In this document: positions 39,601 to 54,029 of the stretch, in pieces
Layout: each line of letters starts with the position of its first letter
Numbering within the stretch: position 1 is the first letter of the stretch
Origin: Nageia nagi
Lineage: Eukaryota; Plantae; Pinophyta
Assembly (NCBI GenBank): GCA_050084985.1
Contig: JBITNC010000001.1
Coordinates: 187,736,001 to 187,800,000 of the forward strand
DNA: 64,000 nucleotides
Direction: 5' to 3'
Program-made: the position numbers and the translations under genes
The notes under the pieces: model-generated
Databases searched by the model: none
What the model was told of the DNA's origin: nothing
Seen by the model: the letters and a program-made list of their open reading frames with translations, nothing else

Positions 39601-41152
39601 CTCATTCCTTTCTTATGCAAAATAATTCTAATCATGAGGTTTCAAATATTTTTCTCCAATTCATGGCTACACACTCTAGGTTCATCTTACTACTCAAAAT
39701 GCATTAACCTCATTATCATCTCCACTAATTCAAAAATTTACAAATATGTGGTTTTTATGGGATTCCAATTTTGATACTCTAGAGGCTTCAAAATCTTGAA
39801 TTTGTTTCCTCATTGAAACCATATGGGCTCTATCTTATTCCTAAATTAGGATTGATTCTTGGTTCATACAGAAAACATCTCCTAGTAACCTTACTATATT
39901 TGCTTTGTTTCAAAATTTTCAAATAAAACAAAACATAAGTAAGATGACTTAACAAATATAAGAGGTCAACGTTAAACAAAAATAAGAGATTTATCGACAT
40001 TCAATCCAAAGGAGTTCCACATAAAAAGAGGATGATAGAGCTTTTGATATAGTAGAAAAGGATAACTTTGGAACAAAATGGGAGAGCTCCATCAACAAGA
40101 AATTATTGTAGATTAGGATCATTTAACACTATTTACTTTTTTTGTTGTTGGGATTTAATTTTAGCAATTGTAATTGTTATTACTATTGTAACTCCATATA
40201 TGTTTTTAGGCCCATTATTGTTTCACATTTTCTCAAATAGCTTTATTGATCCATATATACTAACTGGTTCATTAATAATATAAATCACTAAAAAAAAAAC
40301 ATCTAAACATAATTATATCAAAGAAAATAATTTGCGAAATAGGTTAACAATTTGAAATAATCAATAGAGGATTGAGAAATCTACTAACCTAAATGGAAGT
40401 TATTAAAAGATTCCAAATAACATATTGTAAACATATAGAAGATCTAACTCTCAAACTTCATAAACAAAATTAGAAATAATTTCTAAGGTGCATCAAAAGT
40501 ATAAAATGTAGATGAGAAAAGCAATCATTAAACCATGTCAGAAGCATAGCCTTAGAAAGTGTCTGCACAAGGAAAAAAAAGACATTTTCATTTAGTTGAT
40601 CGAATATCATTATTGTATTTATGTAAATGACCTTTTAACTCTTAAATTTTGGATTAGATAGCTTTGTGATAGTTTTCATCCATATAATGACAATTAAAAA
40701 TCCCATAAAATTCATCAAGAAAATCTTAAAACAAGGTAACACGAATTTAGTTGTGGAGAGGACAAGGTGTAGAGGACATATCACACAATTTGTTGTAATT
40801 ATGATTCATTAAAATAGTTTAGTTTTATTTTATTATAATTATAATTATAATTTTGATTCATCCAAAAATAACTAATGAATATGTGAAAATTAAATTTTAT
40901 GAGAATAAAAATTTTACTATTGAAAATTAATGGGATATCATCAACAAAAATTTTCAATTGAAGTTTTAAAAAAACATTCCCCTTCAATATTGAAGGGCAT
41001 AACATTAAAATAACTCTTAAAATGAAAATTTGAACCACCCATCAATTTTGACCCCTGGTATTAGAGATACCTGCATAGGGATAAACAAAGATAGCAGTGG
41101 CAAGGATGATAGGCATGGAAGCAAGAGTAGGGTACCTAGTGCACCATCGTAG
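36700..41152 (+). pseudogene. Antisense extra ORF of element B with a plant mobile domain (PMD, aminotransferase-like), split by a hAT insertion
   Basis: ECFDTN*STFLLPIREMIVTLEYMYMIL (ERW..ET.TFHLP.GEMTITLEDV), FP*GLSLLVYMFREL (W G.A.LA.LYR.L), LL*VWA*E (LLQ.WAWE), followed by an acidic/Gly-Arg-rich tail. Confidence 0.8.
38459..41057. mobile_element. Non-autonomous hAT element (~2.6 kb)
   Basis: TIRs TAGGGGTCAAAATTGA / TCAATTTTGACCCCTG. 8-bp TSD GTAGTAGA (38451-38458) / GTATTAGA (41058-41065). Confidence 0.9.
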
Positions 41153-42059
41153 GTAGAGGAAATGGTTCTCATAAGGGAGCCCATGATCACTTAGGAAAAG
41201 CACTAATGTCTCCTATAGAGAGTGTTGGATGACATGGTTAGGGAGTTCCTCTGGGCATAGACATTTAGATACCAACTAGTAGAGGCTCAGCTAGACCCTA
41301 TAGACCCTAAGGCATTAAGAACCTATGCAATTACATGTAGCATATATAAGATAAAAATGACATCACATATGAGTGAGGGCCACTCTATTTGATAGCCAAA
41401 TACTATGTTTGGGATAGGAGGGCCTATGAGGAGGACTATCTCATAGGTCACTTAGGTGGTCAAATGGTTATTTGGGTCTCCCCAACCAATGGGGCACACA
41501 AGGACATGATGAGTCTATTAGGGGGGTAAAAAGAGGGCCAAAGTGAGACCAATACACCTCTTAGCAAGAGATAACTATAATATGTATGAGACACTTATTT
41601 TTGGTACCATATGCTACACATGCATGATATGTATTCTTAACACCATAATTTTCATGAATGTATGTATGAGATAATTATTTTTGTATATGTAGGAATTTAT
41701 GTACCTATTTTGATAAAATTTGTATGGACATGCACCTATGGAATGTGGACTATTATTTTGTATATTTTTTATATATAATTATTTATATGTATATGCATGG
41801 ATGCGATATGATATACATTGAATGATGTACTTATGAATTTGACATGGATAAGATGCTATGATGCTTGATATATTTTCATGGATTTATGGATGAATGACTA
41901 TGGATATGTTTTATGTATGAATTACACATAATGCATGTTGCACACTCACACACATATGTATGAATTCCTTACACATGGGTAAAATGAACATTTACTTTAT
42001 AGCACTTAACTATGGTACTCACATATGCACACTCACGTGTATGGTTAATGAACAAAGAA

Positions 42060-42560
42060 ATTAACTTAGTATGGATAAAACACACATAGAAAGGAACCTA
42101 CAATAAGCTAATGAAGGATAATTAAAACTCATAAAATGATAACAATGAATCAATGATAATGCAGAAATAACTGAGTGAGCATTAATAAAAGATAATGAAT
42201 GGACAATAACATACCAAGATAAATGATGAAAAATGATAATAAACATTATAAAAAGGATAAGAGACTAAGGGATAAATCAAAAGATAAAAGGAAAAAGCCA
42301 ATAAGACAACATAATAACTTGTAAAAGTTAAAATGAAGCCACAAATGGATAAAAAGAATGGCCATACAATAAAAAGGAACCTTAAAGATAAAAATAACAA
42401 TAATCACCATGAAAGATAAAAGGAACAAATGAATAACATAAAGATAGTAAGATAAAATTGAATATAAATGATAAAATGAATGACAATAAAGAAACCATAA
42501 TCTAGTATAAATGAAAATAAGATGATATAATAATGTACACATAAAAATGATAATGAAAGA
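42060..42560. repeat. A-rich low-complexity tract (GATAA/ATAA) in the 3' region of element B
   Basis: Directly visible; it generates the spurious Phe/Leu/Tyr-rich minus-strand ORFs in the track. Confidence 0.7.
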
Positions 42561-44547
42561 TTATCAAAATATTAAATGTTTAAGAACATTGACACCATAG
42601 CCAAAAGTATGCCAAAAGGGTGCATAAAATGAGATAGGACAAGTTCCATAGTGATGCCCTCTAATAGTTGATTTATGCCAACAAGAATGATAAATTGAAA
42701 TAAAATTGCAAACATGTTATGCAAATGCAGCTAAATTGAACTAAAATAAAACTTTCACAAAATTAACCCCTTGGAAAAAGTGAAAAATGACAAACTTTGG
42801 TTAACCACAACAGGCAACCACCATGTCGACTTGATGAGCAACCTTGATTCTTTGATAGGTAGTAATTTGGTCTAAGAGTAGGAATAAATAATTCAAAAAA
42901 TGAAGGTTGTTTTTCCTATTTTTGACACTGAAAATGAGGCTATTGAGCCTAGGGTGATAATCCTTCAGTGCTCACTAAAAGCACACCATTCCAACTAGCT
43001 CTATATTTGGCTTACAAAAATTGATGAAACAACTTGAATGGGCCATGAAACCTAACATGATAATTTAATTTAGATAAAAGACATGCAAGAAATTGAAAGA
43101 TCTAAAAATAGACACAATTTGCTATGTTTAAAATTATGAAATTGGAGACAACTCTTAAAGGTACCAAAATTCAGGACCTTTATCCCTGAAATAAAATAGA
43201 CTTGGAAATGGTCACAAAGAGACTTGAAACAATATGAAATGACATGATAGGACCTAATGAGGTTAAATATGAAAAGTTTACAATTTGGTACCATAATTTA
43301 CACAAGTCAACTTCTATTGGGTAACAATGCACATAAGTGTGGGTGACTTAGTTTGGGCATGAAACAAGTGACTGATGAGCGACATATAATGATCAAAATT
43401 AGCATACTATGATTCCCTGTATGAAGGTGAAACTAGGGAAACTAACGATTCACCAAGTCAACATGGTTACATAAGTTTTTAAAAGCAAAATGAAAAATAA
43501 TTTCAGCTAAATGACACAAGTGCAAACATGAAAAAATAATAACAAAACAATCAAGGCATAAAATAATGATCAAAGCGATCTCAAAATAACCTTGTAAAAG
43601 AAAAACAATATTCAAAGAAGCATAAAACACAAAAGCATTTGCAATTGTTGAAGAAAAATAGATGTGGTTTCTATGAATGTTCATTGATATCATAAATCAT
43701 GACAATCTTATATGGTTTTTTCCCTTAGAAACCATGATAGTCTACAATCTATGATTAATCCCAAGGGAATGATTTTAAGAAAAACAAATATATTGATTGA
43801 GACCAAAGTGGTTGTTTCATCATTGTGAATCACAAATCATGTATGGTGATAAGCTATGACATAAATGGACATGCTAAGATGTCATTGATAGGGGCTTGCA
43901 TGATTAATATGCAATGGACCCGAAACACAAAGAAAAGTGAGATGAAATGAATGCAAATGAAAATAAGTTAAACATCAAGATAAACAAAGAACTTGATCCA
44001 TATAGGTTTATTTTGAGACTAAATTCCACTCATGTTAAGGATTGTGCTTTCTTGATCATGAATGTAAAGATAATGTTCAACAATCTTGACCTATAAGAGG
44101 ACTAAGAGTGGTGATAATCAAAATGATAAATGCAATATGATGACAAGTAACGAGAAGATGCCATGATAAAAGATTGATGCATGATAATAGGGAGATGAGT
44201 TACTTATGGCCTCCATGCATCCAAAAAAGGTAGGATGAAATTAAAAGTGGAGAACCATCTAAGTATTGAATCCCAATTTCATGATTAAAAAAAAACAAAG
44301 TAGTGAGAAAATAAAATGGTACAAAGTATAAGCCCAAGGAAATGTCTACATGTAACCCCTTGTAAACTACCATAGAGTAGACAAGAAACAAAATCTAATT
44401 GACATACTCATGAAAACAAAATAAGGATGACAAAATGTGATGCAAGATCAAATAAAGGCAACAAACATGATAATCAAGTATGAACAAATATAAATGAACA
44501 AGGCAAAGATTAAGCATAGAATAGATAAATATGGATGATGTTGATAG

Positions 44548-47500
44548 CATAGAATAAAAAGATGATTTTTTGAAAATATAGCCTAGGGCCAAATACGTAA
44601 AAATGACCAATAAATGGTCAAAATACATTGAATATGATAAAAATTCGTGGCTCTAAAAATTTGTAAATACGAAAAAGAGGGGAAAATGGAAAAGAAATGG
44701 AAAATACATGACAAAAAATGGAAACTTTAGAAAATAAATAGACAAAATATGGGAAAAAATAAATAATTTGAGAAACAAATGTGATGCATTGAAAAATTAA
44801 AAAATATGCAATTTTTTTTTAACTTTTTGTATACAATATTCTTATCTAATTGCCATAAATGATTAAATCATTCACATGAACAATCAAATCATCTACCAAA
44901 ACATTCATAAATCATAACATTGATATATGAAAATAAAAGGCATCTACAAAATATCTTTCAGATCATAAGTTATAAATGTATTACTACTAGTACTATCCCA
45001 TACACTCATAATGCCACTAAGTGTCAAGAGCCAACAAAGTACAAATGATACTAAATAACTAAATACAATGTCTCATGAGTCATAACTCCATGTGTTGGCC
45101 CTAAGGACTCATCAATATTTGTGGTTTGAGGCTCTAGCCCTTTTACTAGTCAATCAGCCACCACTACTACCACATGCTCCACTAATAGGTGTAGTAGGAG
45201 ACTAAGAAGTGGTCTCATAGGGATTGGAGCACTACGAAGAGGCAATACTAAAATACTAGAATCACCACCAACACTCTTGCGAGGCTTATTCCTATGCCTC
45301 TAGTACCAAACAAGTGGATCATCATCCTCATGCTCACTCTCAATGTGTCGATAAACCTGACACTCATAAACCTAGTGAGGTCCAACACCATGATCAATCT
45401 CCATAGGAGGAAATGTATCAAAATTTTGATGCTCCTCCTCCTCCCTCTCCTCATCTACTACATGATCCTCCTCCTCTCCCTCATTTGTAAGTGCATCTAT
45501 ATCTTGCTCCATGTCATTCCATTCTTCTTGAAATACTTCATATAACTCCTCCTCTAGATCTACCATTGCATCCATTTGAGGTGCATCACTATCAAAAATA
45601 CCAAAAAAAGTCAACATTTATAATTTTATAGGACCTATCAAGAGATTTTAAAAATCACATGTAAGGGGTGCTAGGTGGGAGTAAAAATGAAGAAGATAAC
45701 CTATATAATGGATCAATGGAAATCAAGTTAATGGGCTCATCCTAATCCTTCTTTTACAATTGCCTCACATACAATCACATGTTGACATAAATGTACACAA
45801 TATCATTCAAGTGTTGTGTTGTCAACCTATTAACATAAAAAAATTATGATAATGAGAAATTGAGAATTGACAGTAAGATGTATGAAATTTTCATTGAATT
45901 TTGAAAGTTGAAAGAAATCACAACTAGAATGAATCAAAGTACTAACCTTTTGTGCTTCTTAGAGTGAATGTTTTCAAATGCACTCTAATTGCACTCACAT
46001 CCTGAAGCATTACACATTTGACTAAGGATACAAATGGAAAATCTTTGCAACTCAAGTGTTTCAGCCTCGAAATTCGCCCACCATAACTCTAAAAAATGAA
46101 GTAACAATATCAAATCAGAAAACATTAAATATTTAAAGGCCTAAATGTATAAAATTAAAAGTAATGCATGAAATTTGAATTTTTCTCATCTAGAGTGATC
46201 ATGAAACATGCCTCTCTAGTAGATTTATACCCAAAGAGGCCTCTTGAGTGCTTGTATGACTCAAGCTCCTTGAAGATTTTGGATTGAGTGGTGGGATTTA
46301 AAACCATATTGAATACACATTTTGTAAGCCCCGAGTTAGCATGAGTATAAATCTTTTATTTTGAGTTTGGTGCAAAATACAAGATAGGGTTCAAGATGAT
46401 CCCTACTATATGAATAGGGAAGTACAACATATTCAACCATCATTCATCAATGAGAACCCAAAATTCCATATGCTTGTTACCAAACTCATTATACTCATCA
46501 ATGTGGTCAATATAATAATGCATTATGGCCTCCTTGGCCCTAGCCATAACCTTATACAAATAGCTCATAGTGGGCCTATCACTATCAACCAGATGAAGGA
46601 CTTGTACAAGTGGTCTTATCATGCTACAAACATCTTTGAGCATCACCCAAAATTCATCCATGTATATCAAATAAGACATGACCATATCCTCTTGCATCAT
46701 GTTCATGGTTGTATCACTCCACTCTCTAGAAACAAACATGGAATGAAGCTCATACATGTTCCTAAATATCAACTAAAGGTTCATGAAATTGGAGGTAAAA
46801 TATGTAACTCTTGGAAGCAACAAGTCCCTATCATTGGTGTACCTCCTTATCATGCTAAGAGCAATGGTTTTATTATAAATATACCTTGTAACACAAGATA
46901 AGAAATTAAGAATCAAGATAAGTTTAGTAAGAATATAAGATAAGAAAAAAATATGATAAGATAAGTGAAGATAAAAACATGATAAGATAAAACAAGATAA
47001 GATAAATGTACCTTGTGATTTTCCTTACTTGGTCAACCACCTCTCTCACCCAAGCCATTTTTCCTATGTCCTCCATAAGAACATCAATGCAATGACAAGC
47101 ATATGGATTCCAATATAAGGAGGGATACATATTCATGAGCTTCTTACATGATGCAACATAACTAGAAGTGTTATCTATGACCACCTAAATAATGCACTCT
47201 AACCCCATTTCTTTCAAAAAATGATCCAATAAGTCACATAACAAGTTTGCATCTTTTGCCTTATTGGATACATCAACAAATTTCTTGAATATTATGCAAT
47301 ATTTGGAGTATACCAAAAACTTAATCAAGCTTCTACTCTTACTATTCAACCATCCATCAGATAATATTATGCAACCCAATAACTTCCAAGATTCTTCAAT
47401 ATCATCCATTCTAAACATAGTAAAAGAAAACTAAAATAAATTATAAAATAATTAAATTAAAAAAGTAATTAAAAAAGTGTAATACATATTGTCTATTTAA

Positions 47501-48694
47501 ATTTGATATTACTAGTTATGTACCTTTCATGAAGTTACTGCTTGAGATCCTTCATGAGAAACCCTTACATTTTTGCATGAATAGGCCCCACATACCCAAG
47601 TCTAGTGTTAGCCACTCCATCAATCGTTGGTTTCCAAAATACACTCCTAGTAATGTGGATCAAAACTCCTTCATAATAGATCAATTTTGCCAACTTCAAA
47701 TCAAATTCTTTCTTCTCCTTCTTCTTCAACATACTGATAATGGATGGTTGGGATCTAGGCGTTGTCTGAGGTTGACCCTCCAGGTCCTCCACTTACACTA
47801 GGTCTACTTGCACCTACACTTGGACTTGAAACATTTCCACTTGTAGTAGAAGAGCTCATCTCTCCTAGCTCCATTTGAAATTCTTATTTCCTCTCTTTTC
47901 TATCAATAATAGAATCCAAGACTCTAATTGCATCCAAGGCAAGATCTAGAGTTACATTTGGGAAACTCTCCACATCTCTCCTTGGTCTCTTAGAAACATG
48001 CCCTTTGAACCTTGTAATTATTTCCTAGATAGGCTTCTCACATAGATTACACTTGAAATACTGAGAACTACCTCCAACCCCCTCCAATGAAGTCACATAT
48101 TGCCCAAATCTGTCCAACTCTTTTGACATTTTGAAAAAGAAGAAGCCTCAATCCCAAATTTGGATAACCTCCTTCAACAATACTCCCCTCTAACTCCTCT
48201 CTCTTTCTCCTAGGCCTATAATGTGAAAATGAGGGGAAAAGTCTATGTCCCCCTTTATCTCTTCTTCCTAGCCACATAGTTGTCTTCCATGTGTTCATGA
48301 CATTTTTTCTATATCCACGTGTTCTACTTCTGTTCAACTACATTTTTAGGTGAAATATGCATTTTTTGGAGATAAAAATATTGAAAATAGCAGGTGTGAT
48401 GGGAGGGTTTAAGTAAAATTTTGCCCATGTCTTTTAGGCATTTTTTTCATTTAGACAACATTTTTTGGGAAAAAATGCATTTTTTCTTCATTTTAAAATT
48501 CACTTGAGATCCACATTTTTTCCATAAATTCAATATTTTTCTAGTATTTTTAGTCTTTTTTTTACTTTTAAACAATCATATTTTGGTCTTAAAAAATGCT
48601 AATTTTTCCATTTTTTGGTGGAAAATATGGAACTTTTTGAAAAACATGAAAAATGATATTTTTTTGCATTTAACTGATATTTTTTTATTCTATG
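44548..48694 (-). mobile_element. hAT transposon with a degenerate intron-containing transposase
   Basis: TIR CATAGAATAAAAA at both ends and a perfect 8-bp TSD GTTGATAG (44540-44547 and 48695-48702). Inserted in the last codons (EPIN) of the element B integrase. Confidence 0.95.
45250..48200 (-). pseudogene. hAT transposase pseudogene (BED finger, DUF659, dimerisation domain)
   Basis: FKCNLCEK...ITRFKGH; SWKLLGCIILSDGW...RSLIKFLV; W.P.ACHCIDVLMEDIGK; PLVQVLHLVDSDRPTMSYLY; ILSQMCNASGCECN*SAFENIHSKK. Several introns. Confidence 0.9.
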
Positions 48695-51600
48695 GTTGAT
48701 AGGTTCAATCTCTTACCATCCTTATAAATCTACTAAATGGTAGGCATCTATGCCAAATTTTCTCTTGATGATGTATGGCCCTAACCAATTCAGTGCAAAC
48801 TTGTCTCAAAGAGGTCTCTGAAGATGTGACTACTATTGATTCTCCTTAAGGACCAAGTCACCACTATTGAATTTTCTAGGTCTAACCTTCTTATTGTACA
48901 CTCTCTTTATCATTTCTTAATATACCTTGTGATGTTCAATAGCATTGAATCACCTCTCATCAAGAAGGGTAAGTTGATCTAATCTAGCTTGCCTAACTTC
49001 CTTATCTTGAATGATGCATTGAAGTTGTACTCACAAAGAGGGGATTTATAACTCAAGGGGCATGATTGCTTTGACATCATAGACTAATGAAAAAGTTAAG
49101 GCCCTCATAGGTGTCCTATACTAGTGTGGTAGGCCCATAAGGTATAAGGAAGATACTCGTGCCAATTTATGTGATATCATCGATCATATTTTTAAGAATA
49201 GTGACTATGGTTTTATTTGTGACCTCGTCCTACCCATTACCTTACGGATAATGTGGTGTGGAGAAGGATTACTTGATATTATATCCATTACAAAATCTCC
49301 TCACATTTTGATTCTTGAAACTGAGTCCATTATTTGATATGATCTTATAAGTAATGTCAAACCTACATATGATATGCATCTCAATAAAGTTGGTAATCTT
49401 AGGACAAGTGATGGATACAACTAGCTCAACCTTGATCCACTTGGTAAAGTATTCCATAGTGGTGATAATGAATTTATGGCCATCTAAAGAGGGTGGTGTA
49501 AAATGAACTACAAGATCAAACCCTCATAATGCAAATGGCCACATAGATTAAATAGTTTGAAGCACTTGAGATGGTAGGTATTGTATATGAGCATGTTGTT
49601 GGAATTTGACACATTTATTAACATAATTAGTACCCCATTCTCAAGATCCATTTATCAATAGTGGTTATGTTGAAGTATCCACCATAAATGGTGTCATTAC
49701 ATGTATGTATTACTATTTGTTGATAAAAAATCCCTAAGCATCATAATAGAACTCCATCATATGATCATTTGTAGATGATATCTCGTAAAATGGTATAACA
49801 AGAAGCCTTTTCCTTAAACATCTATTTTTTAGTAGAAGACATGTTGGGAGGTAATGCATTCCACTTAAGATACTTATTTAATTATTTATACCATAAATAT
49901 TGTGGGTCAACTATGATCTCATGCATTGAAATTGAGGATTGGGTGGAATAAGTGACCCTAGTGATGCCATTGTATCAACAAATCTATTGGATGATCGAGA
50001 GGCTACCTCAATATTATACGTATTGAACATTAAAGTAGTTGTAATTCCATGTCCTTATAGACCTTTAATATTTCATTATGACTTTGATAGGTTCCCATGA
50101 TTTGATTAACAATTAGTTAGTAATCTCCATAGATTAAGAACCTTTCAAATTTTACCTCTATGGCTAATTTTAGTCCCAAGATCAATGCCTTGTACTCTAC
50201 ATTATTATTAGTGCATGGGAAATAAAGTTTGAAAGAGTAGGAAATAGGGACTTCCTGAGGGTGAATAAGAAAACTCCAATGCCTCCCCATTGTTTGCATA
50301 TCAATCCATCAAAGTACATTGTAATATCATACTCATCCTAAGTGTTCAAAAAGTCTTCCTCCTCATCAAATTTGGAAATAACCTCATCAAGTAGGGTGAT
50401 CTCTAAAGGGTAAGTATCTTATATAGGTATATCAGCTAATTGATCTTCTATACCTAACCTTTAACTAATTTTTGACTAATAAATACTAGGTCAAACTTGG
50501 ATAGAAAATATGATCCATTTATTTTTCATTATGTTATGATAAGTTTGTCTCATCATATACTTTAATGCGTCAACTCTAAAAATAGCATAGGTGGTGTAAT
50601 TTAGCACATAATGTCTTAGTTTCTTAACAAAAAAGATAATAGTGAGGCAAACCTTCTCAATATAGACATACCTAAGATCATAATCCCTAAGTATTTGATT
50701 AAGATAATAAATATTTCTCCTTCTATTACTCATTGTTTTGGGCTAACATGACCCCTAGAGAAAAATTAATAGCTGAAAGATAAAAATGAAAGGGTATATT
50801 ATCCTTAGGAGGAATTAGAATTGGAGGAGTGGTAAGATATTTCTTCATATTGTTGAAGGCTTGCTAACATGCTTCACTCCATTCAAATTTAACACCTTTC
50901 TTGAGGATCTCATACAAGGGTATACACATTTCATATAGTTGAGTTATAAATTATCTAATGGCCTAAATTTCTCCTTGAATGCTTCTTAAAGATTTCACAT
51001 CATGAGAAGAAGGCATACTAGTGATGGCATCACTTTTATTGGGATTGACCTCAATGCCTCACTTAAATAAAATTAATCCTAACAACTTACCCAAAGTAAT
51101 GCCAAAGAAACATTTCCTTGGATTCAATATAACATTATGTTTGATAAGCCTATAAAAAACCTTTTCTAATACATCCCAATATTAGTCTCGTATTATATAC
51201 TTTTCCAAAATATCATCTACATAGTCCCCAACAATATCATGGAAAATATATGTCATAGATCATTGATATATGGCATCAACATTCTTAAGCACAAATGACA
51301 TCACTTTATCATAGAATGTTCCCCATAATGTTGTAAAGATTATTTTATGTTAATATTGTGGAGCTAATCAAATTTGATTATAGCTTGAAAATCCTTTCAT
51401 GAGAAAGAGAATTCACAACCTATTGTATCATCAATCAAGGTGTCTATGTTGGGCAATGGAGAATTATCCTTGGGATATTCTACATTGAGATCACTAAAAT
51501 ATGTGTAAATCTAAAGTGATTAGGTAAGGTGTACCTTACATAGATTTTGTTTAACTGGCTTGGTGTTAGGACATATAATAATGTTGTAGATGACTACATT

Positions 51601-53420
51601 AGGATCCATGCCTGGCATATCTTGATAACTAAATGCAAAGATATTAGAACATATTTTGAGAATGATTTTATCTTTATCTTTTTTTTATTCATCCAACACA
51701 TCTCCCACATTGACTATTTTAGGATTCTTGGTGTCATCATTGATATCAACCTCCATTAACTTCCCTAAGTGCATGTGTGGACTCTCTTCTAACTACTTAA
51801 ATATGAGAATATATGCATAGTCATACTTATCTATACTATTGATGAAAGAAGCTAAATTTTACATAAAGGCTTCATCAAGGTAATCACTAAGCAAAGAAAC
51901 ACTATCATAGATAAAATAAGGGCCCAGCAAAGGGGATGAGAAATTAGTGAACTCAAAAATGAAAGCAATTTGTGAATTACAATCCATAAGAGGAACAAAG
52001 GGAGAATAACCATAAAATAAAACCATATAAACATCAAGGATAATCTCACATGATAGGTCATGAAACAAATCGATAAGGATGGAACATTCAGAAGCATGAG
52101 GACTAGATGAACTGAAATACAAATTGATGTCATGTTCATCATAATGGTGCACCTCCTACTCTAGAAGATTAATATTCTCAAGTTGTTCTTCAAGAGGCTT
52201 TAGTTTAGGGCCATGAAACCCTAGGCCTCATTTTTCATGGTCTAATTGAAAAGGAATGATGAAAGCATGAACTTTCCCCTTATTGAAGTTTCCTAAGCCA
52301 TATCCTTCTCATTTCTATTTAGAAAAGAGTTTACACACCAATTCAATATGTAAAAGATATTTAATTTTGGTGCAAAATTTCTCCTTAAGATGATGCTCAA
52401 AGGGAATGTTCTTGGATAAATCGGTACCCACATAGATAAAGAAAGATTGGTTTGGATAATGACCTAGTGAGATGATAGAGTTGAGGAAAAGTGGGAATTC
52501 TTAATGTCTCTGCAAGTCTTGCATTAAAGAAATATTTACAATAACATCATTAATATGATATTCCCCCTTGCCAAGACATTCATACTGGATGATGTCAGAA
52601 GGTGATGAGGAAATGTGATAGACATGATGTTGGTCAAGAGGATCCATACCAACCTAAGAGGAAGAGGGCTCATCTTCCTTAAGCGGTACAAATGCCAAGC
52701 ATGAAGAGGGAGAGTGTAAACTACCTAATGGTGGAACATTATGAGATGATGGGTGACCATTTTCACAAATTTATGTAGATGAATTTTTATGGTTGGATGA
52801 AGCATATGCAAAATCCTTAAGAGACTTGCCATCTTGACTTATAATTTGAGCTATGTTGCATGGAGTTGAAGAAGATGGTTGTGATAAAACTTGTAACTGA
52901 ACATGAGGATGATTCGAATATGGAATTTCTTGTAAACATGGTTGTTATAGATTAGGATAATTGTTCACAAGAATGGTAAAAGGAAAAAGACATCCACAAG
53001 GCATCTAAGGAGACTTAGGAGGAAAAGTGGAGTTGTAATGATTGAAGGTGTCGCCTACTATACAATGCATTGTTCTATTATATAAATACTTGAGACATTT
53101 GTGTAGTGTACAGGAAATAATTACTATATCATCGATCCATGGTCAATCCAAAAGTGGGTTATATTTCATTTCACCTTCAACCACATGGCATGTGGATACA
53201 ATTTATTTAACCCCTGCTTTCATTGGAAGTATGACTATGCTCATTATAGTTTCCAAGGTTTTGTTAAAGACCTTAATGGTAAAACTAGGTGCATTTAGAT
53301 AATGAATAGGAACCTTGAGCTTCCCTAGTGACACTAAATAAATGACATTAATGGTTTAGACATCATTGACTAACACCCTATTTAAAGGAAGAGAATCCAC
53401 ATAAGCTACAATGTATAATA
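48695..53420 (-). pseudogene. pol pseudogene of element B (the last integrase codons lie at 44510-44547)
   Basis: EYFTKWIK...CRFDI (INT), MYFDG...CTNNNVEYKALILGLK (aRH), YIEKVCL...KKLRHY (RH), GDYVDDI (RT), G-patch GYGLG (~52290), PR RVLVND (~53370). Confidence 0.9.
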
Positions 53421-54029
53421 CTAGATGCTTAGGCTTATCTAGTGGAGGGTGCTAAATCTCATCTTGATAACATATGGTACCTAGTTTAGTGGCATTTTCC
53501 ATGATCCAAATGAAATATCCAAAGACATTTTGATTATCATTGTCCAAATATATAGTTTTCAAGATATTAATCAAAGCATATCTATGTCTTTTGATTATTG
53601 AATTAAATCCCATAATGAGATCTTTTTCTATGTAGTTCTAAGTTGTTATTCCAAGTGTGTTTGAATTGCAACTATTGATCATAGGCATTGTGTTTGTAAC
53701 TTAACTCTAGATTGCGGTAAAGATTGTTGGATTCTTGCCTCCGTAGGAGGGGGATCTCTATCATTTCCTCTACCCATTCTAGTGGTTACATTATCCATAT
53801 TGGCATCATGGAATTCCATAATATCATAAGCTAGTGTTGCATCAATAACTCCTATGAACTCATACTCTGTTATTATATCAATGGATCCCATAAACTCATA
53901 ATCTGGTACTATGTCAATGGCTACCACAAATTCATTAGACTATCATGGTTTGTAGTCATGAATTACTTGTTGAGAATATTTAGATAAAATGTGTTTGATT
54001 TTGTTATTATACCTTGGAAATGGATCTTG

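Noticed and set aside
42061-42542. Hydrophobic, membrane-protein-like minus-strand ORFs
   Set aside because: They are an artefact of the A-rich low-complexity tract.
46410-46901. Longest ORF in the track (163 aa, + strand)
   Set aside because: It is the antisense shadow of the minus-strand hAT transposase and has no recognisable motifs.
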